64,000 nucleotides of DNA, from positions 1-64,000 of IMG/VR virus record IMGVR_UViG_2864522212_000004. One strand, written 5' to 3'. The position numbers were made by a program, and so were the translations under genes. Source of the DNA: a virus (Duplodnaviria > Caudoviricetes). Below, in pieces: positions 46,938-56,162 of this stretch. Every line of letters starts with the position of its first letter. Position 1 is the stretch's first letter. The notes under the pieces were generated by a model. It did not search any database. It was not told where the DNA came from and saw only the letters and a program-made list of their open reading frames with translations.

Positions 46938-48188
46938 ATGGCGTCCATCAAGCGATACAGGTATCGCGCCTATCCGACCAAGGGCCAGGCGCATGCCCTG
47001 TCATGCCTATATGGATGCTGCCGGTTCGTGTATAACCGGTTCGTCGCCGTCCGCGAGACCATGTTCAAGGTCGGAGGCAGGATGCCCACGTTCACCCAGT
47101 TGGCGAGGGACCTGACGCAGTCGAAGAATGATCCGGACACCAGTTGGCTGAAAACCGTGTCCGCCGTCCCGCTCCAGCAGTCTCTGAGGCATGCGCGGAC
47201 CGCGTACGACAACTACTTCGCCTGGAAGAAAGGCGACAGAAAAGGCCCCGAGGTCGGCAAGCCCACGTTCAAGACCCGGCGCGGCACCCAGTCGGCCGAG
47301 TTCACCCTCAACAGCCGGTTCAAGCTCGAACACGAGCCTGGATGCAAATGGGCGTTCCTCACCCTGCCTAAGGTCGGACGCGTCAAACTGCGTTGGACTC
47401 GAGACCTGCCCACCGTGCCGAAGACCGTGACCGTCATCCGACGCCCATGCGGACGATACGAGGCCAGCTTCACCACTATCACGACGTCACGCATCACCCC
47501 CAAGGCACTGCACGCCGAGGCGGGTGTGGACATCGGACTGCTCTCCCTGGGCGTAGTCAGGCGTTCGGACGGCACCTGCGAGGCCATTGAAAATCCTAGG
47601 TTCCTGAAGAACAGCGAACGCAGGCTTAGACACCTGGACCGGGAGCTGGCCCGGAAGAGGAAAGGATCGCGCAACTACGAGAAGGCCCGCACCCGCCGTG
47701 CGCGCGCATACCAGAAGGTCAAGGACACCAGGCTCGACTATCTGACGAAGACCGCCAGAAGGCTCATCGACGAAAACCAAGCGATAGCCCTCGAAACGCT
47801 CTCCATCACCGGCCTAGCCAAGACCCGACTCGGCAAAAGCGTGCTCGACGCGGGATGGGGCACCCTCATCCGGCTTGTCACCCAGATGGGCCGGGAGGCG
47901 GGTCGTGACATCCGCAGGATCAGCCGCTGGTACGCCAGCACGCAGACCTGCTGTGTATGCCACGTCAAGGACAAGCCCAAACCGTTGAACATACGCGAAT
48001 GGGATTGCCCCAACTGCGGCGCACGCCTCGACAGGGACGCGAACGCCGCGGTCAACATTATGCTCGCCGCCGGACTGGCGGAGAGTCTAAACGCCTGTGG
48101 AGGGGACGTAAATCGGAAGCTGGCAATGCCGGCCGCAACGTCGACCCCGATGAAACAGGAACCCTCCGAAACGATTCCCCTCCATTAA
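46938..48188 (+). CDS. tnpB: TnpB RNA-guided endonuclease
   Basis: RYRYRAYPT, GVDIG, IALETL, DRDANAA, zinc finger. Confidence 0.95.
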   Translation: MASIKRYRYRAYPTKGQAHALSCLYGCCRFVYNRFVAVRETMFKVGGRMPTFTQLARDLTQSKNDPDTSWLKTVSAVPLQQSLRHARTAYDNYFAWKKGDRKGPEVGKPTFKTRRGTQSAEFTLNSRFKLEHEPGCKWAFLTLPKVGRVKLRWTRDLPTVPKTVTVIRRPCGRYEASFTTITTSRITPKALHAEAGVDIGLLSLGVVRRSDGTCEAIENPRFLKNSERRLRHLDRELARKRKGSRNYEKARTRRARAYQKVKDTRLDYLTKTARRLIDENQAIALETLSITGLAKTRLGKSVLDAGWGTLIRLVTQMGREAGRDIRRISRWYASTQTCCVCHVKDKPKPLNIREWDCPNCGARLDRDANAAVNIMLAAGLAESLNACGGDVNRKLAMPAATSTPMKQEPSETIPLH

Positions 48189-48236
48189 GGGGAACGTCGT
48201 AGGAATCCTCTGCCTTCAGGCAGAGGAGGAAGTCAA

Positions 48237-48641
48237 ACCAGCCCCGATCCGAACGGACTGGCGTTCGCGGTCATCGAATCGCGTATGTTCATTGTCTGGC
48301 AGGCGGCGGTCGGCGGACGACTGAAATCAGACTACCGTTTCAGCAACACGGTGGTTTGGAACAACCTGCCCCTGCCCGCCCTCGACGATGAAACCCGCAC
48401 CGCATTGATCGAGGCCGGCAGAAACGTGCTGGTGGCGCGAGCCAACCATCCCGGCCAGTCCCTGGCAGACCTGTACGATCCCGACTACATGCCGACCGAC
48501 CTACGCGCCGCCCACCGGGAATTGGACAAGGTTGCGGACGTGGCGTTTGGCGCGAGGAAATGGTTGAAGGACGATGATGATGCGCGTCTGCAAGTGTTGT
48601 TTAAGTCATACACGCATATGACAGGTAGCAGTGAGGTGTGA
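48237..48641 (+). pseudogene. C-terminal remnant of an MmeI-like (Type IIL) restriction-modification enzyme
   Basis: GGRLKSDYRFSNT.VWNN.P.P, SLADLYDP..MP..L..AH..LD; begins at the IS right end. Confidence 0.8.
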
Positions 48642-49081
48642 CAGTGGTAGACAAAAATCTAATCGTAGACACCATTAGTCAAATAGGTTCAGTCGCATTA
48701 GATGCGGCCCGAGATAATGCAATAGACAATGTCAATGAGGAAGTCAATCAGGCGTTAGCTTTCGAACGGAAACAGGAAAGGAAGCATGTTGCTCGTGTAT
48801 TCGCTGAATTAGGTATTGACAGGCAGAAGGCAATCAATCTTCTCGTCTTTGAATGGGATACAGATAGAAGAGACGCTGAAGAGCTGATGTTGGAGGCTCA
48901 TCGCATTTACTGGCCTTTGGAACGATTGAAACGCCATTTGAGAAACGAGGATTGGACCATGTCCGAAATCAGCGATTTTCTTCACGACTATGAAGTTGCG
49001 CGACAATTGAGAACCAATAGAAGGCTGTCTGATCTGACCGCTGCTGGTCTAGTCGATTGGCTCCAAAAGAATCAGGACTGA
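48638..49081 (+). CDS. Hypothetical protein (lower GC)
   Basis: GTGA coupling with the MmeI remnant, GAGGTG RBS. Confidence 0.6.
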   Translation: MTVVDKNLIVDTISQIGSVALDAARDNAIDNVNEEVNQALAFERKQERKHVARVFAELGIDRQKAINLLVFEWDTDRRDAEELMLEAHRIYWPLERLKRHLRNEDWTMSEISDFLHDYEVARQLRTNRRLSDLTAAGLVDWLQKNQD

Positions 49082-49141
49082 TTGCATTGCAATGTGGCCT
49101 ATCTGTCTTGTACGGGATCAAGGAAGACTGGCCACATTGTT

Positions 49142-49507
49142 CTATTCTTCTGGCTTGCTGAGGCCGACTCCCGTCTGTACGCCGAATTCGAATTGTTCCA
49201 GCTTGTCCGCGAATGTATCCAATTCGATTGCCGATACACGGCCGGTTATGCTTGCACCGTGGTTTGATACCCTGATGCCATAACGATTTCCTCCATCGTC
49301 CCAAACATCGAATCGCAGGTCTTCTATTCTCTCTAGTTTGTTCGCGGATGGTTCCTTAAGCACGCTGTCGATAAGCGTAAGCAGCGTATGTGCAGCATTC
49401 GGAGACAGATTCAAACGGTAATGCAGCAGACCATCATCAAACTCGATTTCGATTACGTTCGAATCGAGTCTCGTGCAGTTCAAGGAAATATCAGGCATAT
49501 TCCCCAA
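49142..49507 (-). CDS. Hypothetical protein
   Basis: 121-aa ORF. Confidence 0.5.
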   Translation of the reverse strand: MGNMPDISLNCTRLDSNVIEIEFDDGLLHYRLNLSPNAAHTLLTLIDSVLKEPSANKLERIEDLRFDVWDDGGNRYGIRVSNHGASITGRVSAIELDTFADKLEQFEFGVQTGVGLSKPEE

Positions 49508-49582
49508 GATATTGGCAAAGGCAGACCGGGTTCTTGGCGTGGGCTTCTTTCGGAAGAAATACGGGCCAAGAACCCATGAATG

Positions 49583-50428
49583 TCAGTGCTTCTTCTTTTT
49601 GTTTCCGCCGTCGACCCAGTCGAAAGCGGTCTTGAATGCTTCTCGTGCGGTGTTGGTCTGATCGTAGTAGTCGCTGCCCATGTCGCTTTTCTTATAGTCG
49701 ATGACGGTGTTGTTCACGTCTCCGCGACCGTCTGAGAAGGTGACTCGCCATCCTTTGCTGCCACCTAGGTAGAAGAGTTTCGCGCGACGATGGTTGTTAT
49801 CGGCGTCGGTTGGCCACACCTGCGGGTACGTGTTGCCGGTCAATTCCAAATCGGGGTGGCCTTGGAGAGCCATGTTCGCGCCTTCCTCAGCCGACTGCGG
49901 GTCACAACCCTTGGACTCCAAATACTCGCCGAAGGAATAATCCATGTCATCCGTGTAGGTGAGTTCCGGATTGGTGAGATACACTTCGGCATCACCATCT
50001 TCGGCGGCTTCACTGGCAAGTTCGGACATTTGCTGCGGGTCGTTCCAAGCATCCTCGTTGCCATCCATGTAATCGTTGCCCCATGCGATATACCGGTCGC
50101 GATCCAATTCCGGCAGCTTCTCGAACTCCTCACGGCTGACGTACAGGCCGGATTCCACGCGATAGCCTTCATCATCGGGGCCGAACTTACGTTCCGAGTA
50201 CTCCCTGTTGGCGATGTCGATAAGCTTCTGATCCAGTTCCTGCATTCGCTTCACACCGGTCTCATAGGTTTCAACCGGCGCGCCGCCGGTATTCGATTGC
50301 TGATTCTGTTCGAATCGTTCGAGTACGTCACCGGTCGGCATGCTGCTGGTTTTGCCTTCATCCGCATAAGTGCCGTCACGGTTTCGACGTTGCTGTTTTG
50401 CCTGTGCTGATTTTCTGGAGTCGACCAT
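49583..50428 (-). CDS. Acidic hypothetical protein with shared N-terminal leader
   Basis: MVDSRKSAQAKQQRRNRDGTYADE...MPT...LERFEQ; AAGGAG RBS. Confidence 0.75.
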   Translation of the reverse strand: MVDSRKSAQAKQQRRNRDGTYADEGKTSSMPTGDVLERFEQNQQSNTGGAPVETYETGVKRMQELDQKLIDIANREYSERKFGPDDEGYRVESGLYVSREEFEKLPELDRDRYIAWGNDYMDGNEDAWNDPQQMSELASEAAEDGDAEVYLTNPELTYTDDMDYSFGEYLESKGCDPQSAEEGANMALQGHPDLELTGNTYPQVWPTDADNNHRRAKLFYLGGSKGWRVTFSDGRGDVNNTVIDYKKSDMGSDYYDQTNTAREAFKTAFDWVDGGNKKKKH

Positions 50429-50512
50429 TGTTTCTCCTTGCTATTTTGGGTTGAATGTTTGATGTCGTAGGGAGGTTGTCTATTTACGTTTTCGAGCTGT
50501 CTGCCGTAACTC

Positions 50513-50983
50513 TTACCTTTTGTTGTTTGTCAGAACGTTGAAGAATGACCGCTGCCGTTCATCCAACCATGTGGGGGAATGGCCGGCGTCAATATCCGAT
50601 TGCTTGATCAGGTACGCCACTCGGTTTGGGGTTGAGCTTTTCGCGTCGCGAAACTCGTACACTGTGTTTCCTGTCGGAGTGTTCCTTCGGTGTATGCGCC
50701 ATCCGTCGATTGATGCGTCATCCTGTTCGTCGAATCCTCCGGAGAAACCTACATAGGGGGAGTTGTCGAGTGCGTCCATCCCCTCGGCCCACAGTTCACG
50801 ATTCTCTTCGCTCATGGTCCCGTCGTAATAGGATGCGGGCGGAGACACGACGGATGTTTGCCGCTCATATTTTCGTATGGATTCGTCGGTTGGCATACCG
50901 GATTGACGGTGCTCGTCTCGGAATCGTCCGGTGTTGGGGTCTCGCAGCTGTTGGCGGGCTTGGATTGATTTGTTGGCTGGCAT
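50513..50983 (-). CDS. Hypothetical protein with shared N-terminal leader
   Basis: MPANKSIQARQQLRDPNTGRFRDE...GMPT...IRKYER. Confidence 0.72.
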   Translation of the reverse strand: MPANKSIQARQQLRDPNTGRFRDEHRQSGMPTDESIRKYERQTSVVSPPASYYDGTMSEENRELWAEGMDALDNSPYVGFSGGFDEQDDASIDGWRIHRRNTPTGNTVYEFRDAKSSTPNRVAYLIKQSDIDAGHSPTWLDERQRSFFNVLTNNKR

Positions 50984-51091
50984 GTTGTTTTTTTTTTCGT
51001 TGGAAGGGGCTGTCGTGTTTTTCTGGTTCCACGTTATCTATTGTTTTCTGGTTTTCTCCTGTTTCTTCGTTATCTCACCACCAAGATATCT

Positions 51092-51114
51092 GTTATACTG
51101 AGTATGTCCACATA
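51092..51114 (+). promoter_or_regulatory. Conserved motif copy
   Basis: GTTATACTGAGTATGTCCACATA preceded by T (extended -10). Confidence 0.8.
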
Positions 51115-51136
51115 AAGATAATGAAAGAGGAAACCA

Positions 51137-51469
51137 ATGGCACTCACCATCGAAGAACAACACGAAACCAACGACCTCGACCACGACATCCTCGCCACCC
51201 GCGAAGTCACCTTCATTTGCGGGCACAAGCGCGTCTACGAGGACATCAGCGCCTGCCAGAAAAGCTGGATGGAACGCTGCCAACGGTGCCCCAACTGCCA
51301 GTACAAGCGCGACAAGGCATACGTCGAAAAGCTGTCTGCCGAAATCAACTCACCAGAACTCCTCGAGATGTGGCTCAAAGAAACCCCTCCTACTAAGACC
51401 AGCAGGAAAGGAGCCATCAGACTATTTAGGCAAGGAACCTCAATAAACACTGACTTTTCCGCGCCATAG
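51137..51469 (+). CDS. Small zinc-binding protein
   Basis: FICGH...CPNC; GAGGA RBS. Confidence 0.6.
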   Translation: MALTIEEQHETNDLDHDILATREVTFICGHKRVYEDISACQKSWMERCQRCPNCQYKRDKAYVEKLSAEINSPELLEMWLKETPPTKTSRKGAIRLFRQGTSINTDFSAP

Positions 51470-51573
51470 CATCTTGTGTGAGCATGTCCAGTAGTTCACC
51501 TACTTTGGGTCTTGCAGCTTTTGCTGTCGTAGGATCATTGGTTTCTATGAAACGTCATTCTATGTGGACAAAT

Positions 51574-51609
51574 AATCCTCCGGTGCCGTATGGCATCGGG
51601 GGATTTTTT
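51574..51609 (+). terminator. Intrinsic terminator
   Basis: AATCCTCCGGTGCC-GTAT-GGCATCGGGGGATT followed by a T-run. Confidence 0.65.
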
Positions 51610-51643
51610 ATTTCAAACCTTGCATGATTTTTTTCATTTACAT

Positions 51644-51666
51644 GTTATACTGAATATGTCCACATA
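51644..51666 (+). promoter_or_regulatory. Conserved motif copy (perfect)
   Basis: GTTATACTGAATATGTCCACATA. Confidence 0.82.
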
Positions 51667-51683
51667 GAATGAAAGAAACCACA

Positions 51684-51851
51684 ATGAACACGTACAAGAA
51701 CTTCGAAAAAAACGCCAACATCATACTCGCCATAACATGCGTCCTCTGCGCATGCTTCATGTGGAGAGTCACAGGGCTCGCAATGGTCATCGCATCAATC
51801 GGATTCGCAACCTCAGGAACACTGATGATTACCCACTTCGTGACGCGATGA
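51684..51851 (+). CDS. Small two-TM protein
   Basis: MNTYKNF..., hydrophobic; follows a motif copy. Confidence 0.55.
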   Translation: MNTYKNFEKNANIILAITCVLCACFMWRVTGLAMVIASIGFATSGTLMITHFVTR

Positions 51852-52141
51852 GCATGTTCTGGATTGGATATGCCGCCGGATTCGTCACTTTTCCCGTCGT
51901 ATTCGGCCTTCTGGCGTTGGGCTTCCTTCTCCTCGTCCCGCATTGGCCGAACCCGACATGCGGCCTGTCCTGCATTCCCTGCGATGAGACCCTCATCGAG
52001 GATGACAGTACGCGTACGGTATCCGGCTTCATCGCCGAAGTGAAATACGTCATCCACGGTCTGACCCGCCGGCATCGCATCAACCACAAGGCGTGGATGA
52101 AGGCGGGGAAACCGAATCTGGGGTGGAAGCCGGTGGCATGA
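51848..52141 (+). CDS. Small membrane protein
   Basis: ATGA coupling, N-terminal TM, CxxC. Confidence 0.55.
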   Translation: MSMFWIGYAAGFVTFPVVFGLLALGFLLLVPHWPNPTCGLSCIPCDETLIEDDSTRTVSGFIAEVKYVIHGLTRRHRINHKAWMKAGKPNLGWKPVA

Positions 52142-52155
52142 CGGGTTACCTGATC

Positions 52156-52464
52156 TCAGACCAGTTGCAGGGTGCGCCCGTCCGGCATGATCGCGTTGAC
52201 CTGAAGCCTGCCGCCGATGGCGTCGAGATAGCGGCGCAGCGTACGGATTTCGGTCTTGTCGACGTCGCCGGATTCGAGGCTGCTGACCCGCTTCTGGCTG
52301 ACGCCCATGCGTTCGGCGAGCTGCTTCTGGGTCACGTCCTGCTGTTTGCGCGCTTCTTTCAGCTCATACAGGCGCATCTCCTCAAGAAGCTGTTCCTTGC
52401 GCTCGTCGATGGTCTTCTGGTCAAGGCCGTGATCGGCCTTGAAGTCCTCCAACGTGTAGCTCAT
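52156..52464 (-). CDS. XRE antitoxin (HigA-like)
   Basis: LKEARKQQDVTQKQLAERMGVSQ.RVS.LE...TLRRY..AIGG. Confidence 0.88.
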   Translation of the reverse strand: MSYTLEDFKADHGLDQKTIDERKEQLLEEMRLYELKEARKQQDVTQKQLAERMGVSQKRVSSLESGDVDKTEIRTLRRYLDAIGGRLQVNAIMPDGRTLQLV

Positions 52465-52820
52465 TTCGTGTCCTTCCCATGTTGTTCTTCCAGCCACCGG
52501 ATGTACCGTCGTTCGGCTTCGCGGATGGCTGTCTTATACCATTTGTTCCATTTGTTCTGTTTGTCTCCGCCGACCAATAGGACCGCTTTGCGTTCCGGGT
52601 CGAAGACGAACAGGATTCGGACTTCGCTTCGACCTGTCGAACCGGGTCTCAGTTCCTTCATGGAGCCGATGATGGAGCCCTCGATTTTCCCCACCAGGGG
52701 GCGTTTGAGGTTCGGTCCGCGTTCCCGAAGGAGGTCAAGGGCCGCGTAGACCTGGTAGGCGGTCTGTTTGTCAAGTCCGTCAAGCCAGTCCTTGATGGGT
52801 TCCATCTCTATCTGCCACAT
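52461..52820 (-). CDS. RelE/ParE-family toxin (HigB/Gp49-like)
   Basis: GPNLKRPLVGKI...MKELRP...RILFVFDP.R.AVLLVGGDK. Confidence 0.9.
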   Translation of the reverse strand: MWQIEMEPIKDWLDGLDKQTAYQVYAALDLLRERGPNLKRPLVGKIEGSIIGSMKELRPGSTGRSEVRILFVFDPERKAVLLVGGDKQNKWNKWYKTAIREAERRYIRWLEEQHGKDTK

Positions 52821-52876
52821 ACCCATAAATATACCATATAAGGTATATAAAGTAAAGTCGGAAACGAGAAAAAGCA

Positions 52877-53473
52877 ATGACCAAATGCAAGAAACCAACG
52901 CCGTACGATCCGAAGCTCATCGCCGAACGATGCAACCCGTTGGCCCTGCGGCTCGGCTGCGCGGCCGGCTGCTGGAAGGGCGAGAATTTCAAACAGTGCG
53001 GCAGGCCGCCGGTCGCCATCCGCCGTTGGACACGCGACGACGGGTACGACGATAGCGAATTTTTACCCAAGGAGGGCGTCTACGGACCCGCGTGCAAGCT
53101 GCATGCCAACCATGATGTCGTCCCGCTATCGGAGGTGTTGAAGGCCGTGGCCGATGCCGGCTGCTGGAAGCATGATCCGTCGCTCATGCCACCGCTATCG
53201 GGCGTATGGCCATACGACCCGATGCGCGTCTTCGCCTTATGCGACCCGTCCTGGCTGCGTCTAGGATGCACGGCCGGCGTATCCCGCGACGGCGACTACG
53301 AATCCTGCGGCAAACCCGTGGTCGCGATCCGCCGTTGGATGCGGACGGACGGCCCCGACTGTGAGGATATGCCCGAAACCGGCTGGTACGGGCCCGTATG
53401 CAAGACGCACGCCAACCATGATGTCGTGCCATTGGCCGTCATATTGGACGTGATGACGGGAGGCAGGCGATGA
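52877..53473 (+). CDS. Protein made of two tandem Cys/His-rich repeats
   Basis: PYDP...C.P..LRLGC.AG...CG.P.VAIRRW...YGP.CK.HANHDVVPL, twice. Confidence 0.7.
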   Translation: MTKCKKPTPYDPKLIAERCNPLALRLGCAAGCWKGENFKQCGRPPVAIRRWTRDDGYDDSEFLPKEGVYGPACKLHANHDVVPLSEVLKAVADAGCWKHDPSLMPPLSGVWPYDPMRVFALCDPSWLRLGCTAGVSRDGDYESCGKPVVAIRRWMRTDGPDCEDMPETGWYGPVCKTHANHDVVPLAVILDVMTGGRR

Positions 53474-54126
53474 TAAGCACATACGACTGGTTCATCGCCC
53501 GATGCAAGGCGGTCATCAACCATTCCAGGCCGCCCGAACCGCCGATGCGCGTCCGCCTGCACGAGGCGGGTCATGCGGTCGCCGGCCACCGGTTCGGATA
53601 CGTGCAGCAGGGCATCATGCTGTGCATCGGCTGGTGGGCCGTCGGCGTTGCATTGTCCCCCCGCCAGCGGGCCGACATCGACGTGTACGGCCTGATGGGC
53701 GGCTTTATTCTCACCTGCGTGTTCGCATGGATCATGGACCGGCGTCAAACGGCTGGCAAGGAGACTTTCCCGAAGCTGCGCGATCAGATTGCCGACTTTG
53801 CGGTCGAGTATATCGCTAGCGAATCCTATCGGAAGAACAAGGATAAGGAGGATGAGATTGGACGACCGGCCTATGTGAGCGGCGAGGCCGCATGCAACAC
53901 GGTGGACATCGCCACCGCTTTGGGCGGCGGATTCCATGTCAGCTTCCCGCCCGGCCGCGGCACCATGACGTTGATCAAGTATTTCCCGGACGGCTCCGAT
54001 GTGAGCATTGAGGTTGGCGACGATCGGGCCGCCGCCTCGAACAGCCGGTTCGAAACCGTCGAATGGGATATCGAGGACGGAATACCACAGAAACTAGTGG
54101 ACATGTTGCACCCTAAAGCGGGTTAA
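53470..54126 (+). CDS. Mosaic protein with N-terminal HExxH (HEAGH) peptidase-like fragment
   Basis: RLHEAGHAVAGHRFG followed by apparently unrelated segments. Confidence 0.5.
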   Translation: MISTYDWFIARCKAVINHSRPPEPPMRVRLHEAGHAVAGHRFGYVQQGIMLCIGWWAVGVALSPRQRADIDVYGLMGGFILTCVFAWIMDRRQTAGKETFPKLRDQIADFAVEYIASESYRKNKDKEDEIGRPAYVSGEAACNTVDIATALGGGFHVSFPPGRGTMTLIKYFPDGSDVSIEVGDDRAAASNSRFETVEWDIEDGIPQKLVDMLHPKAG

Positions 54127-54273
54127 TGCCACGGTTTTCAGATTTTCTTCAAGAATCGTTCTTTGAACGAATGATAATCGTAGTATCCGTCCGGTTTTCC
54201 TCCACCCAACTTCGGAACAGGAAAAGCCGGTCAATCTTCCAGAACGTTGTCTTAAAAAAAGGATGCTGCGCCG

Positions 54274-54585
54274 ATGCGAAGAATTAAGATATTCATCGAT
54301 AACACCATTATTCCCGCAGACATATACGCCGGGCAGAAAATCGCTTTCATCTTCCTGCCAGCAGGCCGTCAAACAGCTCAAGGTCGTGAACAAGTCGTGC
54401 ATCAAGCCTCAGTGGAGAATGAGAACGGGCGCGTAATCAACGTGACCTGGCAGGCTAAAGGCTGGTTCAACCGGCTTGTCACCCGGCATTCGCCTCTTCT
54501 TCGCCGTATGCTCGGACAACCCGACACCTACCGGTTCGACGATAACATCGCCTCTCCGGAATTCATTCAGGAGCGTGCAGATTGA
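54274..54585 (+). CDS. Hypothetical protein
   Basis: 103 aa, coupled to the CHAP gene. Confidence 0.55.
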   Translation: MRRIKIFIDNTIIPADIYAGQKIAFIFLPAGRQTAQGREQVVHQASVENENGRVINVTWQAKGWFNRLVTRHSPLLRRMLGQPDTYRFDDNIASPEFIQERAD

Positions 54586-55334
54586 GCAGGGCAGCACATA
54601 AGACCGTTCAACCAGTAAGCCGATCAGCCGCAAGAAGGAAGAACCGGTTCCAACGACGTGTCGCCCTCTGCCTGATGTCGGCAATGATTTTGTCAGGCGG
54701 AATGGCATGTCTTTTTCTGCCGCATAATGAAACCGCATACGCAGGTGAACGTTTCAACCAGTCCACCGCATTAACCACGGAACAGTTGACGGCATCAAGC
54801 ATCGATGATGCGGCTAGCAGGAGCAGCCAAAGGGAAGACCTCACAGTGGACGGCACATGGGATATGGGCGACCGGCCGGAGGGCAAGCTCACCATCATCC
54901 ACGCGGACAATCCAGTGGTCCGTGACCTGATCAACGGGCGCGACGAGGATCAGACTCCGACCGGATTCAATCCGGACCATGCGACCGGCGACACGGGCAA
55001 CGCGTACGCGTACGGGCAATGCACATGGTGGGCGTACGTGCGGCGCACGCAACTGGGATTGCCGGTCGGCAGCCATCTGGGGGATGGCGGCATGTGGGCC
55101 GATTCCGCCAAGGCGCTCGGCTATTGGGTGGATGATACTCCCCGACAAGGGGATGTGATTGTGTTCAGCCCGGCGCAGGTCAACAACGCATGGGGGCACG
55201 TCGCCATCGTGGAGAAGGTCAACGGCGACGGTTCCATCGAGATTAGCGAAGCCAATGTGAACGGGCAGGTCGGCCCGTTCCGACGCACCATCGAAGCGAA
55301 ACAGACGCATGCATACAAGTACATCCACTATTAG
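54582..55334 (+). CDS. CHAP-domain cell-wall amidase
   Basis: NAYAYGQCTWWAY, GHVAIVEKV, ISEAN, YIH; N-terminal TM. Confidence 0.92.
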   Translation: MSRAAHKTVQPVSRSAARRKNRFQRRVALCLMSAMILSGGMACLFLPHNETAYAGERFNQSTALTTEQLTASSIDDAASRSSQREDLTVDGTWDMGDRPEGKLTIIHADNPVVRDLINGRDEDQTPTGFNPDHATGDTGNAYAYGQCTWWAYVRRTQLGLPVGSHLGDGGMWADSAKALGYWVDDTPRQGDVIVFSPAQVNNAWGHVAIVEKVNGDGSIEISEANVNGQVGPFRRTIEAKQTHAYKYIHY

Positions 55335-56031
55335 AAGAGCTCCCATTGTCCTGACGGTTCTCCTGCCAATCGTCATGCTCGCCATGCCGACGATCCCGGC
55401 ATGGGCGGACGCCGTCGATCCGGCTCCAATCCACATGGCGAGCAGTGTCAGATCGTTCCCGAAACACTTGGTTCCGCATCGTTCGTTCAGTGAGGCCGTA
55501 TCGACCGACGTGGACGGCTCATGGGGAGGCATCGAAACCTTGGACGTGCCGCATACGGAAAGCCCCGAGGAACAGGCCACGCGCATCCAAGCCGAACAGG
55601 CGCGACAGTCGGAGGCCGCGTCACGCGCCGAACCACGCCCACCGGCCGCAACCCCTGTCATATCGACGCCGACAACAGGCGACAAGGAGAGACCAGACTC
55701 GGATACGGCCTCCGCCCTGGTCTCCTACGCGCTCCAATACCAGGGCGCGCCATACATGTACGGGGGCAATACGCCTGCCGGCTGGGATTGCAGTGGTTTC
55801 ACCCAATACGTGTACGCGCGGTTCGGCATCCACTTGCCGCACCCGTCCGGCATGCAGGCCACGGTCGGCACGCCCGTTACCGACCCGCAGCCGGGCGATC
55901 TCATGGCAAACGCGGGACATGCGGGCATTTACATCGGCAACGGTCTGATGATCCATGCGATGAACCCGATCGACGGCACGAAGGTCACGGCCGTCATGCC
56001 CGGCATGGGATATTATCGCCTGCTCGGCTAG
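55309..56031 (+). CDS. NlpC/P60 peptidoglycan endopeptidase
   Basis: Signal peptide; GAPY.YGG..P.GWDCSGF, HAGIYIG...IHA. Confidence 0.92.
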   Translation: MHTSTSTIRRAPIVLTVLLPIVMLAMPTIPAWADAVDPAPIHMASSVRSFPKHLVPHRSFSEAVSTDVDGSWGGIETLDVPHTESPEEQATRIQAEQARQSEAASRAEPRPPAATPVISTPTTGDKERPDSDTASALVSYALQYQGAPYMYGGNTPAGWDCSGFTQYVYARFGIHLPHPSGMQATVGTPVTDPQPGDLMANAGHAGIYIGNGLMIHAMNPIDGTKVTAVMPGMGYYRLLG

Positions 56032-56162
56032 GGCACGCCTATACTTTGTTGAAAGGGGTCGGCACGCGTTTTCCGGGTTCTCTGTCCGAAATGACGCGCG
56101 CCGACCCTTCTTTATCACCGGTTGTTGTTGGCGTACGGGTTTTGCGTATTGCCTGATGTTTT

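Larger units (their letters stand above)
46441..48236 (+). mobile_element. IS605-type element (divergent tnpA/tnpB)
   Basis: Target CTAT (guide AGGA before the left hairpin); right hairpin GAATCCTCTGCC-TTCA-GGCAGAGGAG ending TCAA. Confidence 0.88.
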
